A stretch of DNA of 63,919 bases, counting the filler, from Octopus bimaculoides (Eukaryota), in assembly GCF_001194135.2 (NCBI RefSeq). It is 5 parts of 4 records of this genome, joined end to end, with 100 filler letters (N's around TTAATTAATTAA, not from the genome) between each part and the next. Parts side by side here need not be neighbours in the genome. Positions count along the whole stretch, not along the records: positions 1 to 29,755 come from NC_068981.1; 4 more parts are not named here. One strand, given 5' to 3'. The translations under genes and the position numbers were made by a program. Within the stretch, counting starts at the first letter, position 1. Every line of letters starts with the position of its first letter. The notes under the pieces were generated by a model. That model was not told the origin of the DNA and ran no database searches. It was given only the letters and a program-made list of their open reading frames with translations. Below, in pieces: positions 1 to 12,902 of the stretch.

Positions 1-46
<46 letters not shown>
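1..46. repeat. (AT)n microsatellite
   Basis: Pure AT dinucleotide run. Confidence 0.95.
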
Positions 47-51
<5 letters not shown>

Positions 52-215
52 CGACGGGCTTCTTTCAGTTTCCGTCTATCAAATCCACTCACAAGGCTTT
101 GATCGGCTCGAGACTATAGTAGAAGACACTTGCCCAACTTGCCATGCCGTGGGACTTAACCCAAAACCATGCGGTTGGGAAGCAAGATGCTTATCACACA
201 GCCACTCCTCCGCCT
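47..215 (-). mobile_element. SINE family A, 5' half (tRNA-like head + body)
   Basis: Reverse complement matches the recurrent GGAGTGGCTGTGTG...CTTGGGCAAGTGTCTTCTACTATAG...GTGAGTGGATTTG..AGACGGAAACTGAAAGAAGCCCGTCG unit also seen at 42400-42566 and 57176-57320. Confidence 0.85.
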
Positions 216-221
216 AATAGA

Positions 222-835
222 CATTTTCTTTAGTCTAATGACTGCGGCCATGCTGGGGCACCGCCGATTACTTTAATACACTTTCACAAACATCCATTGA
301 TGTGTGACATTTGATGTATGAGGGAATATGATGTTGCTGCCCTCATCTGTGTTTCTTGCCTTGAGGTAGGTTCATCCGGAACTCTTGACAAACAGAGATC
401 TAGTTTTGTTTTGAAAAAGCCTACGTCATGTAGGTTTCTCAGGATTTATGGGAGGATATGGAAGAGCTCTGAACCTATGAAGCCCAAGCTGTTACAGTAT
501 CTGGTTCTGTTTCCTGATGGCAACTTTGGGGTTTTCTGATGATATGCAGTGGCACCCCGTCATGCTGTTTATGCAACTGACAATGCTAAAGTTTGGTACA
601 TATTTTTCTAGGATTATCCAAATGTATATTACTGCATATCTTTCCCGCCTTCGCTCTAGGGAGTAGACTCATAACTGTTTCAGTTTCTTCCAGTAGCTGA
701 TATCTTGCATTGGGTCGATCTTCATCGTGTAGCTTCGCTATATCGCCCCAAGTCCCGTCATTAATTTTCCAGTGTTTGGTGACCACAGTTGGGAGCAGTA
801 ATACAAACGGCTGAGAACGAACGTCCTCCAGTGTA
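222..835 (-). mobile_element. CR1/L2-group LINE, 5'-truncated 3' end (RT C-terminus + 3' tail)
   Basis: Manual minus-strand translation: WRTFVLSRLYYCSQLWSP...AI*RSYT...ISYWKKLKQL*VYSLERRRERYAVIYIW...NSLGFIGSELFHILP...KLDLCLSRVPDEP; stop at 284-286. Confidence 0.85.
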
Positions 836-844
836 TCCCAGTGT

Positions 845-1424
845 ATCACAGACTGGACCCGGTCGTCATCTTGCCACTGTAGTCAAGCAATCTTCAAGAA
901 AAAGTAAAAGTAAACATCTTTTGAATTTTGGCTGTTGGAATGTGCACACACTTCTTGATAATTTCAACATGAGGTCAGAAAGGCGTACTGCACTTAATGC
1001 ATGCGAACTTAAGAAATATTGCTTTGATATAATTGCCCTATCTGTAACTCGTCTTTCTGGTGAGGGTCAAGTAAATGAACCTACTTATGGATATACTATC
1101 TTTGGGATAAGCCTACCTAAGGGTCAGCGTAAAGAATCTGGTGGTGGGTTTGCTCTCAAGAAATCATTAGTATCCTCCATTGCAGAGCTTCCAAGTGGTA
1201 TATCTGAACGAACCATGTCATGCCGTATTAAACTGACAAAAGGTAGGCTTGTTACCATTGTCAGTATTTATGCACCAACAATGTCCCATTACGATGAAAC
1301 TGTAGGGTAGTTTTATGATGATCTAGCACAATTATTGAGGAAAGTACCAATTTCTGACAAGCTGGTCATATTGGGAGATTTCAATGCAAGAGATGGAAAG
1401 GACAACGTTTCATGGAAACAAGTC
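845..1424 (+). mobile_element. RTE-clade LINE fragment, apurinic-like endonuclease domain
   Basis: ORF 789-1310 contains GCWNVHTLLD...ERRTAL...DIIALSVTRLSGEG...SIYAPT; after one stop it continues FYDDL...LVILGDFNAR, the APE-domain motifs of RTE elements. Confidence 0.9.
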
Positions 1425-1548
1425 AAATTTTGTACAAGTTCATACTTCGTAGAGTTCAAGCTGTAATTATTGCCAAAGGTGGTCCTACCCCATATTAAAA
1501 TAAATTTGTTTGAAATTTTAAGGTGTTTCCATTATTTTGTCCAACCCC
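1425..1548 (+). mobile_element. Tc1-like DNA transposon right end
   Basis: Encodes RRVQAVIIAKGGPTPY* (Tc1 transposase C-terminus), then TIR-like TTTCCATTATTTTGTCCAACCCC ending at a TA run. Confidence 0.75.
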
Positions 1549-1775
1549 TATATATATATATATATATATATATGTGNNNNNNNNNNNNNNNNNNNNNNNN
1601 NNNNNNNNNNNNNNNNNNNNNNNNNNNNNNNNNNNNNNNNNNNNNNNNNNNNNNNNNNNNNNNNNNNNNNNNNNNNNNNNNNNNNNNNNNNNNNNNNNNN
1701 NNNNNNNNNNNNNNNNNNNNNNNNNNNNNNNNNNNNNNNNNNNNNNNNNNNNNNNNNNNNNNNNNNNNNNNNNNA

Positions 1776-1821
<46 letters not shown>

Positions 1822-1822
<1 letters not shown>

Positions 1823-2300
1823 GTATAAAGTGCGGTGAATAAATCGTCGTCTAAATTACGGAAAAATAAGAATAACACTGACATCATATTACAAGGGCTT
1901 TTCTTGGTCTTTCGCTCAACTGCGCCTCACACATAATACTCAAGGAAGTTGCAGTCTGGGGAGTTAGGTGGCTAAATATTTATGGTGATGTGATCGCAGA
2001 AATTGTCTGACAGCCATGACGGGTTCCCTGCTTGTGTGGCATGGTGCAGAGTCCTGTTGCTATACGTAGTGTTTTTCAGCTATCACCCCCTTTACCCAGG
2101 GTAGCACAACCTTCTCCAGGCACTTGATGTAGGCTTCCAAGTTGAGTCTGAGACCGTGTGAGAAGATGAACTGAGGCATAAGGTCACCATCACTAGTGAT
2201 CACTCCAAAAACCATGATGTTGACTTGGATGTTTGATTTTTAAGTCAGAACGTCGGGGCGTCGATCCAAACGTGACACTGAGCCGGAATCAAACCTTGAC
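1822..2300 (-). mobile_element. Tc1/mariner superfamily, DD37D (maT)-like transposase relic
   Basis: Minus translation IMVFGVITSDGDLMPQFIFSHGLRLN...YV*QQDSAPCHTS...PPNSPDCNFLEYYV; homologous to the element at 60911-62130. Confidence 0.8.
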
Positions 2301-3394
2301 ACAAAATCCGGTAGCGGACAATTACAACACTTTTCATAACTATGATATATTTTGTACATAGATTTCATTATCTATTATCTGACAAATTAAAACTACATCC
2401 AAGCAAAGAAATACCGTTTTCACGTGTTCAGTTTCATTATAAAATATGTTTATTAAATTTACTGCAAATAAAACGGTTAATATTGGTAGCGGTTAATGTT
2501 GTTAATCGTTGTTTTCTATTAAAAAGTTTAAATTTATTTCATTCATATAATAAATAAATGATATCTCAATTCGGAAACTAAATTACGCTGCAAAATTTGA
2601 TTCGTTTTCTTGGAAAAATGATAATTTGATCCATAAATCATTAGTTATTATTTAAGTCAAGTTGAAATAGTGCATTTGAAATATGAGCTAGTACAGTACA
2701 GTAGTACAACGTCGATATACTTAGCAAGTCAGTTACGCATTGGAATAATTTATCAAGATTTACCTATATGAAATGCTCTTGACCAGTTTTCTATTATCAC
2801 TAGCCACTATCACAGTGGTAATATCAATTTCTTTTGATAAAGCAGATAGTTAATGTTTTGCAGAAGTTTATAGCTGTTGGAATAACACTCATATATACGG
2901 ATACCTATTTTATTAATCCAGATGGAACAATATCCTATAGCAGCATTTCCTGAATTTCGAGTCACAAATAGGCAAAACTAAATTGTATAAACTGGTTTCG
3001 TGCTATACATCTAAATGCATTCAGATTTATTGCCTGAACAACAGCAATAATCAGAATGGCTTCAGATGGCAAAATTCTGATACAATCCACAGTAAACTTG
3101 GGATAACATATACGTTATTAGACTGAAAAATATACAACCTAAAGATTTCTTCTTCACGAACACAACGGAAGAAATTAAATTAAGTCCTTTTCTTTTAAAA
3201 ATTCTCTATGGTAGATTTCGAGCCAGCATTGAATAGTAACGATAGAGATCATATATTTCTTCTTCTACTGAAGAAGAATTATATGATTTATTGTTTCAAG
3301 TAAATTGAGACAGCAGCACTTGCTAGGAATAGAAATCTACAGCCTACTATCAAAAACAATGTAATATATTGGTTACTGCGTTTCTAAATACACT

Positions 3395-3490
3395 ATGCCT
3401 GATACAAGAATGATGGGATGACCAAGACTGGAATGCCTTTGAATATACTTTTGCTTGTTCAGGGTTGAACGGCAGCTAACCAATGAGAAA
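3395..3490 (+). mobile_element. Degenerate SINE-like tail fragment
   Basis: GATGGGATGACCAAGACTGGAATGCCTTTGA...TCAGGGTTGA resembles the reverse complement of 33640-33715. Confidence 0.35.
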
Positions 3491-5049
3491 AACAACAAAC
3501 GCAACTATTTACAATTGAGCTGAGAATATTTGAGAGTTGTTACGGGAAGCAACTCGCGATATTTTAGTCATCCACTCCAGCAGGCATAAATATGTTATAA
3601 ACGCAGAGTCATTTAAAAGTAATATTGCATTCAACTTGTCAAGATGAGGGTTAGAATGCTGAGACATGCAAGCCTTTCCTAACAATATTAGTAGCACAAA
3701 TATAATGAATTTCATCAAACAAAAATCAAAATTTGGTCTCGATATTCACCTATCTTGAGCTAAATCGTTATTTAAAGTAGGCAACCGAAATTTCTGATTA
3801 ATATTCCTTACACGTTGCTTGATGTTTACTTATATCTCATTATAGGAAACATGATCAATAGTAAATAATGGCTGATGAGACCTGGTTGGTGTTCGCAATG
3901 TTACATTACACTAACTTTCAATTAACGTCTCCGTGGTATTTCAGATTGTTAACGTTTTCTCAAAATTTGGGAGAAAAATCACACTTAATTACTGAAATAG
4001 TCCAAATGTGACACCTTAACATTTTGCCGTCACAAAAATGATAGTAATAATACTTATTTGTTAAAAAAAAAACAGTCTTCCCAAAAATATTAATGTCAAC
4101 AACATTTGGTCATGATATGAATACTTAATAGGAAAAACGTGACAAGAAGATATTAAAATACCAAAAGGAAATAAGATGGTATATATGACTGGAAATTTTC
4201 CAACGAACGTTTATGATCCCACAAGAAGTACACTAGCTTACGGAGAAATAAAAAGAAAAGAAAATTAGTAAACTAGTTCTTTACAGTAAAGTATTTCTCT
4301 GTCACATATGGAATTTATAGCTATAATAAGTACATAATTTGTTAACCTGCTAGCAACTTAGAAACTTAAGTTAATTAATAAATACCACATTAAACAGAAT
4401 TCAGTGGGTATCATTTATAGTAGCTTTTATTTACACACATATTACCTCCAATCAATTTTAGACTTGTGCGCCTAGGAGATCAAGCCTATGTACGCGTGAA
4501 AAGGCCATTTTCGCCTTGTTTTATAGAAGCAGCTGCAGAAATGTGAACGAGTATACATATGTGGACTATTAGTGGATTACATTCTCTTCTTAATCTCCTA
4601 TTTCGGTTTCTTAGTCATTGTGTGTTTATGTATGACCCGTAATGATAAGTATGTACCTGTCGCAATGAAAATGCAAGGACGAGCAAATCCAGTTAAATGT
4701 TATTTAAAACTGGAATTAAATCATTAGAAAATCGCCTCAGATTGGATATTTTGGTTGAAGATTGTACGTTGAAGCGATTAAATAACTAATAAAGTTTTTA
4801 GATTTGAAAATTTAGTGGAGTTGATATTACAATATTTAAGCTGAGAATATTTAACTATTGGCGAATTAACGTAAACATGTGCGAATGCTTTTATAGTGGA
4901 CTCTTCCGAAGGAATTGACTATGACCATGACTTTAATAGACCCTTTCAGGCAAAACAATCGACGTGGTTCACGTTCCACTTGTACACATGCACATCGACG
5001 GGTGCAAAATAATAAAAAAATCAACAACAACAAAAACAAAACAAAACAA

Positions 5050-5760
5050 AGAAATATGAGTAGTGACTGAAATTCAGTGTCTCCACTCTTTCAATGATTG
5101 AGAGAAATGCTTGGTTAGGTGCTTTCGGTGGCGCTAATAGGGGCCACGAGTGTAGAGGAGACAATTGATTCGGGTGAGGCAAAATGGAGATAGAATGAAC
5201 CAACCGGCCATGAGGAGCATTGTCTACAATAAGTGTAGTAGGAAAGGCAGAGAAGTAAGTCTAAGTCTATGGGTTAGCGGCTACAATGTGTTCGTGAATG
5301 ACTTTATTCTAATTAGACAGGTAGTTTGTTATTGAATATTGTTTAGGATGTGTGTATATGTGTAGCAGCATCACCATCCAATACCTGAGGACGCTGTAAT
5401 CCATTATGAGTTTCAGTTGTTTGTTTGTAAGGGGCTAGGTAATTTTCTGGTGCTGTAGAGAAAGGTCAGTTTCTTTGGTGTTGGCTTTGCTATGTTGAAT
5501 GACTCAAGGGAAATTTCATGATCGTGTGTCATAGCGTTTGCAGCATACTGAGGGCTGTAGTAGCATAATGTTAATGCTTGAGTTGGTTGAGTGCCTGAAA
5601 ATGTTTTCTTGATATACGTAGACATTGTTTCTTTACACTATTCCATAAGACAGGATTGGCAATGTTCAGTTGGAGAATGTTTTCTTGGTCACTTTGCATG
5701 ACGTCTGTAGTGCACATTACGGGTGACGTGACTAGACTGCCTAAGGCTGATGCTTGGTAA
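5050..5760 (-). mobile_element. Penelope-like element relic (GIY-YIG C-terminus + downstream UTR)
   Basis: ORF 5413-5625 ends HDHEISLESFNIAKPTPKKLTFLYSTRKLPSPLQTNN, resembling the PLE C-terminal H..I.F.NF.I...L.LESL.I.K..P.LN pattern; heavily decayed. Confidence 0.4.
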
Positions 5761-7180
5761 GGTAGGTAAGGTGAGAATGAAGAAATGGAGCATAATATTC
5801 ATATATACGTGTGTTGAAAGATAGTATCGTTGATGTGTGTGAGGAAGAGAGTACAAGAAAAGTGAATAACATTAACACTCTCACGAAAGACCTATTTATG
5901 ATGATTGAGTCTCTCTGTATTTCACTTACATATTCATAAAGGAGAAAGACTTGAAATCGATATGTTGTTACTGCTTAGCATTATGTTCCACCCAGCTTGA
6001 CTATATCTAAGATAAAGAACTTCCTAGCTGTGACCATTCCGTCCTGTTGTTATTGCTGTCGCTTATCCACGTCTTTTCAGCATTTTGCATATCTAAGACT
6101 ACATTATCCCCTCCCTTATTGTTATATAGATGCGATTTCAGAGAACGTAGCCGCAATTTCTATAAGGTCTCTTTATAGTTATTTTATAGAAGTTGATTCT
6201 CTTCACAGGAAACAGATATTGTTACATGCATAAAGTTTCAAAGACATAAGAGAAACAAATTAAATGTATGAAACCATGATTGAAAAACAAGCAGCAGACT
6301 CGTCTTATCACGATCTACCACGTCTCACTATGAGCTACCACTAATTTACTACAATATCAGTAATCGTATATAAGCTAATCTGTATCTAATGTTAAAAGGA
6401 ATGTTGACAAATAGTTCAGAAATGTTTGACTGGGTAAGCTTAAATACTGAAAGTTTTTCTTGTAAACTTTAAAGTATTTCATGAAGTATAGAACAACATA
6501 TTTTAGAAAATTATTTATCTGTCGTGTTTGTTTTTCTGAGCTCATGCTTAATCAATTTTTGTCAATTAAATTCAGTTACCGTATCCCTGTTTTTATCTAT
6601 ACATAATTTTATCTATAAGTTTACTTCTCTTCTCGCTTTTGATCAATATTTACGATAGTGTATTTTTTACCTCTAATAGCTGTTATATCAACAGAATAAA
6701 ATTTCTTGGTTGACTTCATTATGCGTATTTACTCACTGGAACTATTAGTCATAAGTCAAAGAGGGGCGATAGCGGATTGAAACCACTTGCACAGATGCAA
6801 AACAATTTATTGAATTCAGACAGAGGTATTTCTCTCATCTATCGACAGCTACTATTGCATAAGGAGTTGATAACATTTGAGTGTTATTAACATTGGATCA
6901 CTCAGTGTGAAGAACATCTAGTCTATAACTTTAAGAATTATCAACCACTTTAGGGGCTTTCAGAAGCCAAATTATTTCTATGTAACTTGACACAGGGAAA
7001 ACATAAGGCCTCGAATTCCTTCATAAGCAAATGTGTTTGAAAAACATATAGTAGCAGATTTACAGATTTCTATCTCCATCGATATAAAATGATACACCCT
7101 GGTGATTTACTGCTGGTATTTATAGTAAATATTTATCATTTCTGCAGTTTAATCTGTTATATTTAAGCTAACAGGCGATG

Positions 7181-7216
7181 GAAGTAATGTTGTGATTGCA
7201 GAAGTAATGTTGTGAT
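7181..7216. repeat. 20-bp-period tandem duplication
   Basis: GAAGTAATGTTGTGAT occurs at 7181 and 7201. Confidence 0.9.
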
Positions 7217-8289
7217 ATTAAAGAGTCAAGAAAATAGAAAGCGACATATAAGGAAAAACGATAGAGAAACCCAAAGAAATAGAAAGAGGAAGCCAGAAGG
7301 AAAGAATCACGAATAGTGTGAGATACAGACACAGAGATAAAATCAAAACAAAATAATATGCTTGTGTAACACTAAGTAAATAAAACAGTAAAAATAAGTT
7401 ATTAGGGACAACAGCATAGCTTTAAGATTTTGGAAAAGTTTTTAGATTTTGTGCCCAGAGCAAAATATTGATTTAACAAGAAGGAAAATTAATCTCATTC
7501 CAACATAAAATTAAATATGATAGTTGATTTCTCTCTTTTTCATGCCACATTGAAAAAATCTTTTTCTAGTTAACACGTACACATACATAAACATATAATG
7601 TAGAGATACCAGAATAATTTCGTCTTGAATTTGTTTAATGTTAGTTAAATGAACGTTGTGAAATTGATTAAAATTGATTTAGTAGTTTTGAAACAATTGC
7701 CTTGAGGTATTAACTATGTTAAAAATACCAGATGATGCCATAAAATACCTCCCAGTTAAAATGTCTTTAAATAAGTCAAATTTCAACCAATATATATCTT
7801 GTACAATAAAAAAGATGATAGCTTTGATGATGAATACCATCTAAATTGTACTTAGTGGACTCAGAATTTTAAGAACAGTAAATATGCAGCACTAAGTCTT
7901 ACTATTTCTTTTTAATATAGATATATGTTTAGTAATGACACTAATCATATTATAGATTGAAGAAAATTTGGTAAGAAATATAAATTTAAATAAAGAAGTA
8001 ACATTATTATCACATGCCTCAACACATCATGCACAAATTATACATAAGCTGAAATCGTACTATGTGACTCTTTTGAAAGAGATGTTAGTTAAAAAAATCT
8101 GCTGCATTTTAACACTGGAGGAAACGAGTTGCAGCCTAGCTAATCTTAAAGTATGTTCTTAATTTGATTTATGATACGTGTTTGTTGGAATCATAAAAAT
8201 TTTAGTTGGTACCTGAATGACTTGTTTTTAATCGCTGTAAAAATGTCTATTGCATTAAAAGTAAAACTATTTGATGCTATAACTTAACT

Positions 8290-8520
8290 GGCCTCACAAA
8301 CAAGCATCGCCTGAAGATAATATTTGCAAATGACCTTTGGTCGTTGCAGATATGTTATTTTTGTACTGCTTTGAGCATAGGCTTTTTCCAATTGACACCG
8401 CATCACTTTCAGTGCCTTTTTTTCTTTGATGAACAATGCATTACCTACGCTTTGAGATGTGGAATGTGTTTCAAAATGGTCACCAAGTTGACAACTCTGC
8501 ACACGACATTAATTTAGAAT
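8290..8520 (-). mobile_element. Possible mariner transposase N-terminal relic
   Basis: LFIKEKKALKVMRCQLEKAYAQSS loosely resembles the first mariner HTH; no TIR confirmed. Confidence 0.3.
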
Positions 8521-9641
8521 CAAAATCATGTCATCTGCATGCAGAGTGTTCTCTTACAATCTCGTACTCTCACGTTCTTACTCTCTTGTCCTCTCATTGT
8601 CTCACGAACTGTGTTGTATTTTTTCGACGATATTAACTTATAGTGTCAATAATTATCTTAGTGTTTATATACAAAATATATCAGTTGAATTAATGCATAT
8701 TGCCTAACGGTATTTTCAAAAATATGCGCTTAAAGATGTCGCATCAGAAAGAATGCACGGCTTTGCTAGTAATAATTTGACTCTGTCAAGTGCAATATTC
8801 TTCACTAAATAAATTGAATTCCAGATATTCTTTCAAACCTACATGCAGAAATGCTAAATTATATTTACTCTAATAATCACGATGTTTTCCTTCTTGAAAG
8901 TTATTTCGTACATAATTAGCAGCTGTCTAGAATGCTGTACAATTCTAAATATCATTTCACACAAGCTTTTCTGTCTCATAAACATTATCAAATTAGCTAA
9001 TCTTGGATCTTGGAAGTAAAATAATATAAATTGGTAGATTTTAAATGGTGGATTTAGCAGTAAACATATTTGCGACAATTATGTGGACTATTATTATATA
9101 ACTATACATTTATAAAATAAAAAAAAATATATGGGAAGTCGGTAGAATAACTTACACTAGCTCGAAACAAACGAAAAGATTTTCTGTGGAAGATATAAGC
9201 GATTAGTTAACATTTTATGAGATATTGGGTTTTCAATTAGCAGCGAGAAGAATTTTGTTTTTTTCTGCAAGTTTCGGGAAGCCGTTTGGGTAATTAACAA
9301 TTCCATATCTAAATATCTCATATTTTCAATAAATTGAAGCTTCTAGGGAGAAAGGCAGATTGACAGAATAGGTAAATCATTGGGAAAAATCGTTGTTACA
9401 TTTACTTATGTCCATTTAGATTTTGATTTGATTCCCAACCAGATCACTTTTGACTTTCATTCTTTCATCAAGTAGAAGTAAAATAATATAAATTGGTATA
9501 TCTAGTACTAGGATCGTCGTAAGTGACCCTATTATCCAACAAAATTGGTACCGATGTGTCAATGTTCGAACTCAATATGTTTATCTCTGTTTAGAAAATG
9601 TTATTTCAAAGTTAGAATTAACAACGTTTTACCATTAAACT

Positions 9642-10029
9642 GTGGAGGCACAATGGCTCAGTGGTTAGAGCAGCGGACTCGCGGTCATAGGATCGCGGTT
9701 TCGATTCCCAGACCGGGCGTTGTGAGTGTTTATTGAACGAAAACACCTAAAGCTCCACGAGGCTCCGCCAGGGGATGGTGCCGAACCCTGCTGTACTCTT
9801 CCACCACAACTTTCTCTCACTTTTACTTCCTGTTTCTGTTGTGCCTGTAATTCAAATGGTCAGCCTTGTCACACTGTGTCACGCTGAATATCCCCGAGAA
9901 CTACGTTAAGGGTACACGTGTCTGTGGAGTGCTCAGCCACTTGCACGTTAATTTCACGGGCCGGCTGTTCCGTTCATCGAATCAACTGGGACCCTCGACG
10001 TCGTAAGCGACGGAGTGCCAACAACAACA
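9642..10029 (+). mobile_element. SINE family C, full length, tRNA(Arg)-like head
   Basis: A box TGGCTCAGTGGTTAGA, B box GGTTTCGATTCCC, (AAC)n tail, perfect TSD ACCATTAAACT at 9631-9641 and 10030-10040; homologous copies at 52331 and 63656. Confidence 0.95.
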
Positions 10030-10285
10030 ACCATTAAACTAGTGATGCCTACAGAAATTTCATTCCGTGAAGAGATACGCAATGGGCTAATGATAGTCCT
10101 AAGACTACTGATAAACTTTTCAGGAAATGTTTAATGTGCTACTTCTTTAAAGTTTCTTGTGGTTCTCGTCAAAATACAGAAATTTCATTCTTTAGGAGTG
10201 ACGAATTTCTTCACTCGCTCCATACATGCTCATATATTCTTGAAAAGTTTCTCCTTTCATTATATTAAGGCGTTTCAATTTTGGC

Positions 10286-11523
10286 ACTGAGTTGGCCAAA
10301 ACTTTCGTTCGGTTTTTGTCGATACTAAACTTCATGCACTCTAATAAGTGGTCATTTTTAATCTGTCACTTTCATACACACACTCGCTAGATACTGGAGA
10401 CTTCGAGTTAGATCGAGACGAACTTGCAACCAATTTTAACTTCTGTGCTTGAGGTCACCATAAAAACGGGAATCTAACACGAATATAATATCGATAACTC
10501 ATAATTTTCTATTCCAGAATTGATTACAAAATGCGCCGTGCACAGGGAGGATGCTGTTACGGAATATGTGTGCTCGAAGAGTTTTCAAGATTTCGATCAG
10601 GAAATATTTCGTATCAACATGCACCTCGTTTTCACTGGCCAAGTGAAATTAACAGCGACAAAATAAATGCGTCAGGTGACTTCAACCCTTGTGTGTGATC
10701 AGGATGATCGCAGTTATTCCCCAAATATCCGAATCGTGAGTTGAAAACTATCAACAACAACCTAGTTACGGCAGTAAGCTCGATGTTTGGGTCTCATATC
10801 AGTTGAACGAGTTTAACCTTGTGCAACGGCAGAAACATTGCAGAAACATGAATAAAAATCAAACGATACTTTTTGAAGAGTATGATTACAGGAGAGGGCA
10901 AATGAATCATCTATAACAATGTGAAGTGAAAACAATCGGCTGGAAGTGCGGCGAACCACCACAAATAACATGAAAAGTAGGACTTCACCAGAAAAAGGTT
11001 ATGCTTTCAATTTGAAGGGATTGGAGCGGTGTATATTTTTACGAATTTTTTATCCAAGGGCAGGGCCATCAATTTAGATGTACTCTGTGATCGGCTAGCA
11101 AATTAAATGCAGTAACCGACCTGAAATGTCCAGCATTAGCTAATCATAAAGGCATTGTCTTTTATTACGACAATGCCACACTACACACTTCTTTTCAGAC
11201 GCGGCAGAAGATACTGTGGCTTTGGTTGGGAAGTTTTACGACGCTCTCCATATTTTCCCAACCTTGCGCCTTCAGATTTCCAACTGTTTCGGTCTCTTCA
11301 AAATTCATCGAATAGACAGACTATCAACTTTAAAGAGGATATAAAAATTCACTTGGAAGAGATTTTCGCCAGTAAAGACCTGGGAATTATTCGAGCAGAG
11401 AGTAAGGGATCTCCCCACACGATAGTAGGAAATAATGAACAAAACGGTAATTATGTCATTTATTAAATGAATAATTTCGTGTCGTAGCTTAAAAACCGAG
11501 CGAAGTTTTTGTACAACCCAATA
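10286..11523 (+). mobile_element. Near full-length decayed mariner (DD34D)
   Basis: Imperfect ~32-bp TIRs at 10286-10317 and 11491-11523; motifs ITGEGK*IIYNNV, FYYDNA, YFPNLAPSDFQLF; many stops and frameshifts. Confidence 0.9.
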
Positions 11524-12609
11524 TATTCCGACCTTCAAGACTGTCTCACTTTCTTCTATAGATGTCTTGCTAGAAATTATTGGGTGCTATAGATACAATT
11601 AATGAGTTCTAAACATTCTGAGGTAGTTTAAATTTCGTTTGACAGATGCAAAACATGGTGCATTCGAACGCATTTCCGTTTTGCGTTTGTTGCAAATTCT
11701 CAGAATATTCTCCTATAAATCGCTACAGATAGAATACTACAGTGTGAACTGTAAACTAATGAAGGCAGCCATGCCAAAACAAAGAAGCTTGCCGTTGACG
11801 CCACCAGGATCAAAGAATTGACATGTGCACGGTATGGCTTCCTTTTCAAAAGATAAATATATATATACGACATATAAATAATTGCACCCCCACAAGATCC
11901 AGTCTATATAAATAAATATTTAGATGTATCTTTAAATTAAAATAATTGACGAAGATATAATTTTCTTATTAAGCATTTCAGTTACTTAGCCTTGTTTGTC
12001 CTCATTAAATTAGTTTGCTAGTTTTTAATGGAATATTGTTTATGACTATGTCCAGTTGTATTATCAAACAATAATTTATCTAAATATTTTAAAAAGGAGT
12101 AAATGATGAAACCGCTACTTGGTTGCACTGCCCGTCAGACATTGCAAACTAATCACCCTTCATAGAAAAGACTAACACATGGGATAATGACGTCGTAGGT
12201 ATTGTGCTTGACCGTATGATGGTATCATGCTTAAACTTTCTTTCATCAAAGGTCTTCTTAGTCGGAGCTTATCTAGGAGTAAACAGTAAAGTATGCTAAG
12301 GTTAATTAAGGGTGTATATAATTTAAAATTACTGACGGCTAATTTATTAGGGTAATTTATATTTAGCGAGAGTTTAGAGACTTATACTTTCTGTGTTGAT
12401 ATATATTCTGGATAGCATTCAAGCAGTGCATCATACTTTGTAAAGAACTGGTAGCAAGTTGCTGTTTTAATAACCAAAATCTTTGCTAAACTTATTGCCT
12501 CCTTATGTTAGAAGGGGAAACACGTCCTTTGAGAATGACATACCCTTGAGAAACTACGTGTAGAAATTTTGAGTATTCTTATATCAGAATATCAATGTAC
12601 GTTTACACA

Positions 12610-12775
12610 CACATTCAAACACACACACATACATACATACATACATACATACATACATACATACATGCATGCATACATACATGCAACATACATACATATA
12701 TGTATGTATATGTATGTATTTATGTATTTATGTATACGTGAGTATATGTAGACGCAATCATATATACACCCACAA
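12610..12775. repeat. (TACA)n/(TATG)n compound microsatellite
   Basis: Direct inspection. Confidence 0.9.
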
Positions 12776-12902
12776 CAATCACCATCCGCCTTCATATGTT
12801 CATTTGTATATAAACTCCATTAGACATCGAACAGAAAATGTTTATTCCATAAAGGCTTAAAGATTAACAAATTACCTACTAATCAATTAATACTTTTATA
12901 CA

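Noticed and set aside
2880-3110. Peptides YFINPDGTIS and IRMASDGK reminiscent of cadherin or ion-channel motifs
   Set aside because: Wrong spacing, several in-frame stops, no supporting motifs.
9642-9720. tRNA-like sequence (also 52331-52410 and the family A/B heads)
   Set aside because: A/B boxes belong to SINE heads; no complete cloverleaf, and each continues into a SINE body.
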